NCBI GenBank assembly: GCA_028292245.1
Contig: JAQGMS010000008.1
Span: 21,107-85,106, forward strand
DNA length: 64,000 nucleotides
Direction of reading: 5' to 3'
From: Ramlibacter sp.
GTDB taxonomy: Bacteria > Pseudomonadota > Gammaproteobacteria > Burkholderiales > Burkholderiaceae_C
Shown here: positions 45,647 through 54,980 of the stretch, one piece after another
Layout: the number at the start of each line of letters is the position of its first letter
Numbering within the stretch: the first letter of the stretch is position 1
The notes under the pieces: generated by a model
The model's input: the letters and a program-made list of their open reading frames with translations, nothing else
The model's database searches: none
Told to the model about the DNA's origin: nothing
Position numbers and translations under genes: made by a program

Positions 45647-47131
45647 ATGGCACACACCGAGGCACAGAAAAACGTGGGCATTTGGATTCGGGTTTCGACC
45701 GAAGACCAAGTGCGCGGTGAGTCGCCGGAGACGCACGAGCGCCGTGCACGTGCCTACGCCGAGTCACGAGAGTGGACCGTAACCGAGGTGTACCGCCTTG
45801 ATGCTGTCTCGGGTAAAACGGTCAAGGATCACCCCGAAGCCAAACGTATGCTTGAAGACATCCGCACGGGTCACGTGACGGGGCTCATCTTCTCCAAACT
45901 CGCCCGACTGGCGCGGAACACAAAGGAGTTGCTGGATTTCGCGGATCACTTCCGCGATGCTCGCGCCGATCTCGTATCGCTCGGCGAAGCGATAGACACC
46001 TCAACGCCCGCCGGCCGACTCTTTTACACAATGGTCGCGGCTATGGCGACATGGGAGCGCGAGGAAATCTCTGCACGCGTTGCCGCGTCCGTTCCCATCC
46101 GCGCTCAGATGGGAAAGCCTACGGGCGGTGCGGCAACGTTTGGCTATGAGTGGAAGGACGGGAAGCTGGTCGTAAACGAGAGGGAAGCTCCCGTTCGCAA
46201 GCTTGTCTACGAACTCTTCATCGAGCATCGGCGCAGGAAGGCGGTAGCCCGTCTCCTGAATGAGCGTGGGTATCGCACAAGGAACGGCGGAATGTGGAGC
46301 GATACGACCGTGGAGCGATTGCTTCGCGACCCCACGGCGAAGGGAACGCGCCGGGCCAACTACACGCAGACCAAGAATCCAAATGGTGCCTGGGAGTTAA
46401 AACCGGAGGACGATTGGATTCTGGTTCCGGTAGAACCCATCGTGAGCGAGGAAGTCTGGGCGACCGCGAACGCCATCTTGGACGAGCGACGCTCCCGCGG
46501 TACGCGCCAGACCAAACCCGTTACCCACCTCTTCGCGGGCGTGGCCACCTGCGGGTGCGGGAACAAGATGTACGTGCCCTCCAATTCGCCGAAGTACACC
46601 TGCTCAAAATGCCGCAACAAGATTCCAGTGCGGGACCTGGAGGCCATCTTCAAGGAGGAACTTCGGGCGTTTGTGTTTTCGCCAGATGAAATCTTCGGGC
46701 ATGTCCAGGCTGGCAATGACCATGTCAAGTCGTTCGAGGCGCTCATTTCCAGTATGGAGGCCGAGCAGAAGAAACTCACGGGCGAGGCCGACAAGCTCAT
46801 CGAACTGTACCAAGCGAACCTCTTGGACAAGAGGGGCTTCGGCCAGCGATATGAAAAGCTGCGCGGCAGGCTGGAGCAGATTGGCGAGGAATTGCCCCAA
46901 CTCCAGGCCAAGCGGGACGTTCTGAAAATTGCCTTGACCTCCCGCGAGGAAGTTCTGACCGGCAGCAAGGACCTAGTCGAGCGTTGGGACACGCTGGAGC
47001 ATCCCGACCGGCGTCAGGTAGTCGAAGCTATCCTCGATCGAGTAGTCGTAGGCAATGGAGAAGTTGAATTCAACTTCCTCTACAACCCAGGTTTGGCGAG
47101 TTCTCCGAACTTGCAACATGCGAGCGGCTAG
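45647..47131 (+). CDS. Large serine recombinase, probable comM-targeting integrase
   Basis: WIRVSTEDQ, LARLARN, TSTPAGRL, Zn ribbon CGCG...CSKC; ends about 60 bp from the comM junction. Confidence 0.95.
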   Translation: MAHTEAQKNVGIWIRVSTEDQVRGESPETHERRARAYAESREWTVTEVYRLDAVSGKTVKDHPEAKRMLEDIRTGHVTGLIFSKLARLARNTKELLDFADHFRDARADLVSLGEAIDTSTPAGRLFYTMVAAMATWEREEISARVAASVPIRAQMGKPTGGAATFGYEWKDGKLVVNEREAPVRKLVYELFIEHRRRKAVARLLNERGYRTRNGGMWSDTTVERLLRDPTAKGTRRANYTQTKNPNGAWELKPEDDWILVPVEPIVSEEVWATANAILDERRSRGTRQTKPVTHLFAGVATCGCGNKMYVPSNSPKYTCSKCRNKIPVRDLEAIFKEELRAFVFSPDEIFGHVQAGNDHVKSFEALISSMEAEQKKLTGEADKLIELYQANLLDKRGFGQRYEKLRGRLEQIGEELPQLQAKRDVLKIALTSREEVLTGSKDLVERWDTLEHPDRRQVVEAILDRVVVGNGEVEFNFLYNPGLASSPNLQHASG

Positions 47132-47177
47132 CGCCGCTCATTCACTTTCGTTCTTCTCTTTAATTGGTGGTGCTTTA

Positions 47178-47203
47178 GCAATGAATCTTCACGGGTTCAT
47201 CGC
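47178..47203. other. Putative att junction with central CA/TG at 47190-47191
   Basis: GCAATGAA-TCTT-CA-CGGG-TTCATCGC dyad centred on the truncation point. Confidence 0.65.
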
Positions 47204-48253
47204 GCCGACGAACTGGAAGCGCGCCGGAAATTCGCAACGCCGGGCCGCGCGTGCGATGGTGATCTGGCCGGTCTCCAGCGGTTCACGCAGCGCTTCCAGC
47301 GCGGCGCGCGGAAACTCGGGCAGCTCGTCCAGGAACAGCACACCGTGGTGGGCGAGCGAAATCTCGCCCGGGCGCGGCGGCGAACCGCCGCCGACCAGCG
47401 CCACCGCGCTGGCAGTGTGGTGCGGGCTGCAGGTCGGCCGCAGGCCCCAGCGGTCGTGCGCGAACTGGCCGGCCAGGCTGGCGATGGCGGCGCTCTCCAG
47501 CGCTTCCTGCACCGTCATCGGCGGCAACAGGCCGGCGAAGCGCTGGGCCAGCATCGACTTGCCCGAGCCCGGCGGCCCGAGCAGCAGGATGCTGTGGCCG
47601 CCGGCCGCCGCGATTTCCAGGGCCCGCTTGGCACCGGCCTGGCCTTTGACGTCGGCGAGGTCGGGATAGCGGTCTGCCGGCGCCGCCGGTTGCGACTCCA
47701 CACGGACCCACCCTTCGCCGGGTTCGACCTGCTGCGACGGCAGGAACTGGCGCACCACGTCCAGCAGGTGGTTGGCCCGGTACACGTGTGCCTCAGGTAC
47801 CAGCGCCGCTTCCTCCGCACTGACCGGTGGTAACACCTGCCTGGCGCAGGCGCCTGCTGCCTGCAAGGCCAGGCTCATGGCGAGCGCGCCGCGCACCGGG
47901 CGCAACTCCCCCGACAGCGACAGTTCGCCGGCGAATTCATAGCCGGCCAGCCGCGCCCCATCCACTTGGCCGCTGGCCGCCAGGATGCCGAGCGCAATCG
48001 GCAGGTCGAAGCGCCCCGAATCCTTGGGCAGGTCGGCCGGCGCCAGGTTCACAGTGATCCGCTTGTTGTGGGGGAATTCGAGGCCGCAGTTCTGCAGCGC
48101 CGAGCGGACACGCTCGCGCGCCTCCTTGACCTCGACATCCGCCAGCCCGACCAGGGTGAAGCTTGGCAAGCCGTTGGCCAGGTGCACCTCGACGGTGACG
48201 GCGGCCGCTTGCAGGCCAACCAGGGCGCGGCTTTGCACCAAAGACAAGCTCAT
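47189..48253 (-). pseudogene. comM: comM/yifB Mg-chelatase-like AAA+ ATPase, 5' part only (354 aa)
   Basis: [45 protein letters not shown]; stops at AMNP* where the family continues CPCG. Confidence 0.92.
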
Positions 48254-48312
48254 TGAACACATCCTCCCCATACAGGTGCATGTTTCCCCTTGGTGCCGGA
48301 AAAAACCAAGAT

Positions 48313-48329
48313 CGCACCACGGCGGTGCA
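48313..48329. promoter_or_regulatory. NtrC-binding site
   Basis: CGCACC-ACGGC-GGTGCA versus consensus TGCACC-N5-GGTGCA, upstream of a sigma54 promoter. Confidence 0.7.
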
Positions 48330-48410
48330 AATCCCTCATGCGCCCGCCGGCTTTGGGCATAACGCCTTCGCGACGGACGGCGTGCACCGCCAAACAGGAC
48401 TTGTGACTTT

Positions 48411-48426
48411 TGGCACGCGTCCTGCT
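48411..48426 (+). promoter_or_regulatory. Sigma-54 promoter (-24/-12)
   Basis: TGGCAC-GCGTC-CTGCT before the porin-glnK-amtB operon. Confidence 0.8.
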
Positions 48427-48469
48427 TAGGGCTGAGTTCATTACCCTTTTCTTTCATCAGGAGAACTCA

Positions 48470-49207
48470 GTGCAACTCAAGACAACCCAAAAAATGGTTC
48501 TGGCTGCCATGGCCCTGTCCGGCGCCGCCTTCGCGCAAACCAAGCCGCCGGAGCCCGACTACACGCTTTCCTACAACGTGGGGCTGGTCACCGACTACCG
48601 CTACCGCGGCATTTCGCAGTCGCGCCTGAAGCCGGCCCTGCAAGGCGGCATCGACTTCGCGCACAAGAGCGGCTTCTACCTGGGCACCTGGGCGTCCACC
48701 ATCAAGTGGATCAAGGACGCCGGCGGCGGCGCACCGGTCGAGTGGGACATCTACGGCGGCTACAAGGGCACCGCGGGCGACTTCGGCTACGACGTCGGCG
48801 TGCTGACCTATCAATATCCCGGCCATGACCTGGCTGTCAGCCCGGTCACCACGGAAATCTACGGCGCCGGCACCTTCGGCCCGGTCACGCTGAAGTATTC
48901 GCACGCCCTCACGAACCTGTTCGGCTTCGCCGACAGCAAGAACAGCTACTACCTCGACGGCAGCGCCACGTTCGACCTGGGCGAAGGCTGGTCGGTGGTG
49001 CCGCACATCGGCTACCAGAAAGTGAAGAACACCTCCGCGGCTTCGTATACCGATTACTCGCTCACCGTGGGCAAGGACTTCGGCAACGGCATCTCCGCCA
49101 GCGCGGCCGTGGTCGGCACCGATGCCGACGACACCGTCTATTTCACGCCCGCCGGCAAGTTCACCGGCAAGACCGGCCTGGTGCTGGGCGTGAAGTACAG
49201 CTTCTGA
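48470..49207 (+). CDS. TorF-family putative porin
   Basis: Signal peptide, DYRYRGISQ, PALQGG.D, C-terminal YSF; upstream of glnK. Confidence 0.85.
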   Translation: MQLKTTQKMVLAAMALSGAAFAQTKPPEPDYTLSYNVGLVTDYRYRGISQSRLKPALQGGIDFAHKSGFYLGTWASTIKWIKDAGGGAPVEWDIYGGYKGTAGDFGYDVGVLTYQYPGHDLAVSPVTTEIYGAGTFGPVTLKYSHALTNLFGFADSKNSYYLDGSATFDLGEGWSVVPHIGYQKVKNTSAASYTDYSLTVGKDFGNGISASAAVVGTDADDTVYFTPAGKFTGKTGLVLGVKYSF

Positions 49208-49573
<366 letters not shown>

Positions 49574-49603
49574 GCCCACCCACATTCCAAGAAAGAGACG
49601 ACC

Positions 49604-51133
49604 ATGAGAAAGCTTCTCGCTTCCCTGGGCCTCGGCCTGGGCCTGCTGATCGGCGCCAGCGCGCTGGCGCAGGCACCTGCCGCGCCCGCTGCTTCCGCCG
49701 CCACCGAGGCGGCATCCGCAACCGCTGCGCCCGCAGCGGCCGCCACACCCGCGGCAGCTGCCGCCGCGTCGGCACCCGCCGCTGCGGCGTCGGCGCCCCC
49801 GGCTCCCGTGCCCAACAAGGGCGACGTGTCCTGGATGATCGTGGCGACCTTGCTGGTCATCATGATGTCCATCCCCGGCCTGGCGCTGTTCTACGGCGGC
49901 CTTGTGCGCAGCAAGAACATGCTGTCGGTGCTGATGCAGGTGTTCGTCACCTTCTCGCTGATCGTCATCCTGTGGTGCCTGTACGGCTACAGCCTGGCAT
50001 TCAGCGAGGGCAACAGCTTCGTCGGCGGCTTCGACCGCGTCTTCATGAAGGGCCTGTTCGACCCCGCCAAGGGCGAGTTCGCGATGGGCGCCACCTTCAG
50101 CAAGGGCGTGGTCATTCCGGAGCTGCTGTTCATGGCCTTCCAGGCCACGTTCGCGGCCATCACCTGCTGCCTGATCGTCGGCGCCTTCGCCGAACGCATC
50201 AAGTTCTCGTCGATGCTGCTGTTCATGGCGCTGTGGTTCACCTTCAGCTACGCCCCGATCGCCCACATGGTCTGGTTCTGGATGGGCCCGGATGCCTACA
50301 CGGCCAAGGAAGTGGTCGATGCCACCAACGCCAAGGCCGGCCTGATCTGGCAATGGGGCGCGCTGGACTTCGCGGGCGGCACCGTGGTGCACATCAACGC
50401 CGCTGTCGCGGGCCTGGTGGGCGCCTATGTGATCGGCAAGCGCACCGGCTACGGCAAGGAATCGATGGCGCCGCACAGCCTGACGTTGACCATGGTCGGC
50501 GCCTCGCTGCTGTGGGTGGGTTGGTTCGGCTTCAACGCCGGCTCGGCGCTCGAAGCCGGCAACACCGCCGTGCTGGCCTTCATGAACACCTTCTCCGCCA
50601 CGGCAGCCGCCGTGCTGGCTTGGTGTGCCGGTGAAGCGCTCGCCAAGGGCAAGGCCTCGATGCTGGGCGCCGCGTCCGGCGCGGTGGCCGGCCTGGTTGC
50701 CATTACCCCGGCCTGCGGCAACGTCGGCCTGATGGGCGCGATCGTGATCGGCCTGGTCGCCGGCTTCGCCTGCCTGTGGGGCGTCAACGGCCTCAAGCGC
50801 ATGCTGGGCGCGGACGACTCGCTGGACGTGTTCGGTGTGCACGGCGTCGGCGGCATCGTCGGTGCCCTGCTGACCGGCGTGTTCAACAATCAGGCGCTCG
50901 GAGGCCCCGGACTGGTGGGCGACTGGGTCACGGCAACCGTGTCGTCGGTGCCGGTGATGGACCAGGTCTGGATCCAGTTCAAGGCCATCATGGTCACCAT
51001 CGTCTGGTCCGGCGTCGTGTCGCTGGTCGCCTACAAGATCGTCGATCTGGTGCTCGGACTGCGCGTCACGGAAGAGGAAGAACGCGAAGGCCTGGACATC
51101 TCGTCGCACGGCGAAACCGCCTACAACCGCTAA
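49604..51133 (+). CDS. amtB: Ammonium transporter
   Basis: FYGGLVRSKN, DFAGGTVVH, GWFGFNAGS, DDSLDVFGVHG. Confidence 0.97.
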   Translation: MRKLLASLGLGLGLLIGASALAQAPAAPAASAATEAASATAAPAAAATPAAAAAASAPAAAASAPPAPVPNKGDVSWMIVATLLVIMMSIPGLALFYGGLVRSKNMLSVLMQVFVTFSLIVILWCLYGYSLAFSEGNSFVGGFDRVFMKGLFDPAKGEFAMGATFSKGVVIPELLFMAFQATFAAITCCLIVGAFAERIKFSSMLLFMALWFTFSYAPIAHMVWFWMGPDAYTAKEVVDATNAKAGLIWQWGALDFAGGTVVHINAAVAGLVGAYVIGKRTGYGKESMAPHSLTLTMVGASLLWVGWFGFNAGSALEAGNTAVLAFMNTFSATAAAVLAWCAGEALAKGKASMLGAASGAVAGLVAITPACGNVGLMGAIVIGLVAGFACLWGVNGLKRMLGADDSLDVFGVHGVGGIVGALLTGVFNNQALGGPGLVGDWVTATVSSVPVMDQVWIQFKAIMVTIVWSGVVSLVAYKIVDLVLGLRVTEEEEREGLDISSHGETAYNR

Positions 51134-51201
51134 GAGGGAAATCGCCGCGGGCACCCGCTGCCCGCGGCACCCATCACAAGCAAGAGTCTCCTTTGGATGT
51201 T

Positions 51202-51241
51202 CGGCCCGCGAGAGCTTCGGCTCCAGCGGGCCGCTTTTTTT
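51202..51241 (+). terminator. Intrinsic terminator after amtB
   Basis: CGGCCCGC...GCGGGCCG stem followed by a T run. Confidence 0.7.
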
Positions 51242-51918
51242 CAGCCGGCCGCGGCAAGCGTGATGCGGGCTCGCTGGCCCTCGCGCTGCACCGCCACACC
51301 CTCTGAGCGGGCCAGCGCCTGCACGTCACTCCATTCCAGCAAGCGATAGGGCGGGTCGCCGGCAAAGCCGGCCGTGCCTTCGGCCGAAAGCACCATCACC
51401 GACAGCACGGCATGCTGCGCCTCGAGCTGCAGGGAAACCACCACCTCGGCCGGCGACGCCGCGCGATCCGTCAACGCGAGCAGGCACGCCGGCAACACGT
51501 TGCGCAAGCCCGCTCGCGCGACCCGCAGCGACGCCGCGCCGACCTCGTCCTTCAGCGTGAAGCCGCGAAAATTGAAGTTGCTGCGCAGCATGGCCACGCA
51601 CTCCTGCACGCCTGCATCGAGCGCGATGGTGGCGCCTTCCTCGGGCGCCAGCCAGGTCACGACCTCCAGGCACGACTGCACCGCCGCACGCGAAAAGCCG
51701 TTGATCTTGTCCATGCTCTCATGCACCTGCGCGAGGTCGGGCGACGGCATGCGCAGCCGGCGTTCCATGACCTCGGTGATCATGCCGATGGGCTGCAGGT
51801 GCACGACCATGTGGTGCCGCATGGCAAAAGCCATGCGCCTGAGCAAGGCATACCGGGCGGCTTCCACCACCCTGTCGCCGGTGTGTTGCTTCCCGTCTGG
51901 TTTTTCTGGATCCTGCAT
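51241..51918 (-). CDS. Hypothetical protein, degenerate histidine-kinase/phosphotransferase-like
   Basis: Helical MRHHM...LQP H-box-like segment and an ATPase-like domain without G boxes. Confidence 0.55.
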   Translation of the reverse strand: MQDPEKPDGKQHTGDRVVEAARYALLRRMAFAMRHHMVVHLQPIGMITEVMERRLRMPSPDLAQVHESMDKINGFSRAAVQSCLEVVTWLAPEEGATIALDAGVQECVAMLRSNFNFRGFTLKDEVGAASLRVARAGLRNVLPACLLALTDRAASPAEVVVSLQLEAQHAVLSVMVLSAEGTAGFAGDPPYRLLEWSDVQALARSEGVAVQREGQRARITLAAAG

Positions 51919-52037
51919 CGTTGGTCCGGCCGGTTGGAATGGGTTGCGCAGCAGCTCATGTTACCGGTTCACATGCGCGGTGGGGCCCGGCCGGCGGCGA
52001 TCCGGGCACAATGATCCGGAGGAACAAGCTTCAAGCC

Positions 52038-52892
52038 ATGATCCAACTGCAGGCAGGCGCACTGGTATGCGAGATCGAGCCCCGGCTGGGCGGTTGCGTC
52101 GCCGGCCTGTGGCTGGGCGGCGTGCCGGTGCTGCGCTCGACACCGGCGGCGCAATTGGCCTCGGCCCGCCAGGCGGGCTGCTACCCGCTGGTGCCGTTCT
52201 CCAACCGCATTGCCCAGGCCACCCTCCTTTGGCAAGGCACCCAGCATCCGCTGGTGCGCAACAACGGCCCCGAGCCGCATGCCATCCATGGCGTCGGCTG
52301 GCAGCGCCCGTGGGAAGTGCTGGAGAGCGACGAGAGCTATGCGTTGCTGGCTTATGAGCATCCGGCGGACTCGGCATGGCCGTTCGCGTTCGACAGCTCG
52401 CAAACCGTGCGGCTGCGCGGCGGCGCGCTGGAGTTCACGCTGTCGCTGACCAACCAGTCGCGGCAGGCCGCGCCCGCGGGGCTGGGCTGGCATCCCTATT
52501 TCGTCAAGCGCACCCGCAGCCACATTTCGTTCCAGGCCAGCGGCCGCTGGGAAATGGGCGAAGACAAGCTGCCCACGCAGCGCCACGCGGCGCAAGGGCT
52601 GGATGCCGACTGCGCGTTCCTGGACATCGACCATTGCTTCGACGGCTGGACCGGCGTCGTGCACCTGCGCGACGAGCTGCTGCACACGCGGGTCACGTCG
52701 AGCTTGAGCCGGCTGGTCGTCTTCACCAACGAGACCCGGGACATCGTGGCCATCGAACCGGTGAGCCACGTCAACAACGCGATGAACCAGGTCCAGGCCG
52801 GCGCCGACCCGGCCAGCCTGGGCCTGGCCATCCTGCAACCGGGCGAATCGCTCAGCGCCCAGATGTCCATCGCCGTGGAGCAAGTGAAATGA
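52038..52892 (+). CDS. Aldose 1-epimerase family protein
   Basis: PLVPFSNRI, HAIHG, GLGWHPYF, AIEP. Confidence 0.9.
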   Translation: MIQLQAGALVCEIEPRLGGCVAGLWLGGVPVLRSTPAAQLASARQAGCYPLVPFSNRIAQATLLWQGTQHPLVRNNGPEPHAIHGVGWQRPWEVLESDESYALLAYEHPADSAWPFAFDSSQTVRLRGGALEFTLSLTNQSRQAAPAGLGWHPYFVKRTRSHISFQASGRWEMGEDKLPTQRHAAQGLDADCAFLDIDHCFDGWTGVVHLRDELLHTRVTSSLSRLVVFTNETRDIVAIEPVSHVNNAMNQVQAGADPASLGLAILQPGESLSAQMSIAVEQVK

Positions 52893-53812
52893 CGACCTGG
52901 CAAACCGTGATCGCGCAGCCCGACCAGCTCGGCGAGTCGCCGTTCTGGCATCCGCAAGAACGCAAGCTTTACTGGGTCGACATCCCGGGCCGGCAGCTGC
53001 GCCGCGTCGATCCCACCGTAGGCGCCGTGCAGAGCTGGCCCATGCCGCTTGAACCGGGGTGCATCGCACCCGTGCGCGGCGGCGGCTTGATGATCGCGTT
53101 GCGCGACGGCGTCTACCGCGCCGTTGATTGGGGCGGAACGCTCGAGCTGGTGGCGACCTTCGGGCACGACGTGAAAACCACGCGTTTCAACGATGGCAAA
53201 GCCGACCCTGCGGGGCGCTTCTGGGCCGGCACCATGTACGAGCCGCGCGATGCCCGCAAGGCGCAGCTGTACAGCATAGACCTGCGCGCGGCGAACGGCG
53301 GAGCGCCGGTGGTCGAGCTCAAGGCCGGCGACGCGATCACCGCCAACGGGCTGGCCTGGTCGCCGGATGCGCGCACCGTGTATTGGGCCGACACCTCCAG
53401 TCACATCATCCACGCCTGGAACTGGGATGCGCAAAGCAATGCGATGGCCCAGCACCGTGTGTTCCAGCAATTCCCACCCAAACCGGACGGATGGGAGCCC
53501 GGCGATCCGGGCTATGGCGGCCGGCCCGACGGAGCGGCGGTCGATGTGCAGGGAAACTACTGGTGCGCCATGTACGAAGGCGGCCGGGTGCTGAAGTTCG
53601 CGCCGTCGGGCCAGCTGCTGGCTGAAATTGCGGTGCCGATGCAATGCCCCACCATGCCCTGCTTCGGCGGCGACGACCTCAAGACCCTGTACCTCACCAG
53701 CTCGAGCTACAAGCGGCCCGCCGACGAACTGCGGGCGCTGCCCCAAAGCGGCTGCGTGATCGCCACCCGGGTCGATGTGCCGGGCCTGCCGGTGAATTTC
53801 GTCAGCGCCTGA
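52889..53812 (+). CDS. SMP-30/gluconolactonase family protein
   Basis: LGESPFW, RFNDG, NGLAWSPD, PDGAAVD, FGG.DL.TLY.TS. Confidence 0.92.
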   Translation: MTTWQTVIAQPDQLGESPFWHPQERKLYWVDIPGRQLRRVDPTVGAVQSWPMPLEPGCIAPVRGGGLMIALRDGVYRAVDWGGTLELVATFGHDVKTTRFNDGKADPAGRFWAGTMYEPRDARKAQLYSIDLRAANGGAPVVELKAGDAITANGLAWSPDARTVYWADTSSHIIHAWNWDAQSNAMAQHRVFQQFPPKPDGWEPGDPGYGGRPDGAAVDVQGNYWCAMYEGGRVLKFAPSGQLLAEIAVPMQCPTMPCFGGDDLKTLYLTSSSYKRPADELRALPQSGCVIATRVDVPGLPVNFVSA

Positions 53813-53873
53813 TTTCAAAAAGATCAATCGGCGACGGGCCGGCCCCGCGGCCCCGCGCGCTTACCATCGGCGC

Positions 53874-54971
53874 ATGGACCCCATCCTCAGCCAGTTGAGC
53901 GAGCGCATCCGCGCGGCGGCCGCCCACGGCACGCCGCTGCGCATCCGCGGCGGCGGCAGCAAGGATTTCTACGGCGAGCAGTTGCAAGGAGAACTGCTGG
54001 AGACCGCGCCGCTGGCCGGCATCACGAGCTATGAGCCGAGCGAATTGGTGGTGACGGTGCGCGCCGGCACGCCGCTGGGCGAATTGGAGTCGGTGCTGGC
54101 CGAGGCCGGCCAATGCTTGCCGTTCGAGCCGCCGCATTTTGCCGGCGGCGCGACGGTCGGCGGCATGGTCGCGGCCGGCTTGAGCGGACCGGCGCGCGCC
54201 AGCGTCGGCTCGGCGCGCGACTATGTGCTGGGCCTGTCGATGATCAACGGCCGCGGCGAGCCGCTCACCTTCGGTGGCCAGGTCATGAAGAACGTCGCGG
54301 GCTACGACGTCTCCCGCCTGATGGTGGGCGCTCTCGGCACGCTGGGCCTGATCACCGAAGTGAGCTTGAAAGTGCTGCCGGTCGCGCCGGCCGAAGCCAC
54401 CTTGAAGTTCGAGCTGGGCCAGGCGCAGGCGCTGCAGCGGCTCCACACCTGGGGCGGCAAGCCCTTGCCGCTCAATGCCAGTTGCTGGGTCGATGATGCC
54501 GGCCTGCCCATCCTCTATCTGCGTTTGCGCGGGGCAGTGGCGGCGGTGGACGCGGCCTGCAAGACGCTGGGTGGCGAGCGCCAGGACAACGCAGCCGTCG
54601 CGGCGGACTGGCTGCTGTGCCGCGACCAGCGCCTGCAATGGTTCGAGCAGCGTGAAGGCCGCGACCTGTGGCGCCTGTCCGTCGCGCAGACCGCGCCGGT
54701 GCTCGACCTGCCCGAGCCGCCGCTCGTTGAATGGCACGGCGGCCTGCGCTGGGTGCGGGCTGAAGCCGGCGATGCGGCGCGGCTGCGCGAAGCGGCGGCG
54801 CGCGCCGGCGGGCACGCGACCTTGTTCGCGCCCGGCAGCAATCGAACGATTGCTGCGGCAGGGCGCTTCACGCCGTTGGCCGCACCGTTGGACCGCATCC
54901 ACCGCGACCTCAAGCGCGAGTTCGATCCGGCCGGCATCTTCAATCGCGGCCGCATGTACGCGAATCTGTAG
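53874..54971 (+). CDS. glcE: Glycolate oxidase FAD subunit
   Basis: GGQVMKNVAGYDVSRL, FDPAGIFN; upstream of glcF. Confidence 0.92.
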   Translation: MDPILSQLSERIRAAAAHGTPLRIRGGGSKDFYGEQLQGELLETAPLAGITSYEPSELVVTVRAGTPLGELESVLAEAGQCLPFEPPHFAGGATVGGMVAAGLSGPARASVGSARDYVLGLSMINGRGEPLTFGGQVMKNVAGYDVSRLMVGALGTLGLITEVSLKVLPVAPAEATLKFELGQAQALQRLHTWGGKPLPLNASCWVDDAGLPILYLRLRGAVAAVDAACKTLGGERQDNAAVAADWLLCRDQRLQWFEQREGRDLWRLSVAQTAPVLDLPEPPLVEWHGGLRWVRAEAGDAARLREAAARAGGHATLFAPGSNRTIAAAGRFTPLAAPLDRIHRDLKREFDPAGIFNRGRMYANL

Positions 54972-54980
54972 CGGGACCGC

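Larger units (their letters stand above)
1..47191. mobile_element. Integrated element in comM (left end outside the window)
   Basis: Truncated comM, adjacent serine integrase, abrupt GC/codon shift, mobile-element backbone genes. Confidence 0.85.

Noticed and set aside
49670-49810. Ala/Pro-rich low-complexity stretch in amtB
   Set aside because: Looks like an ordinary linker after the AmtB signal peptide.
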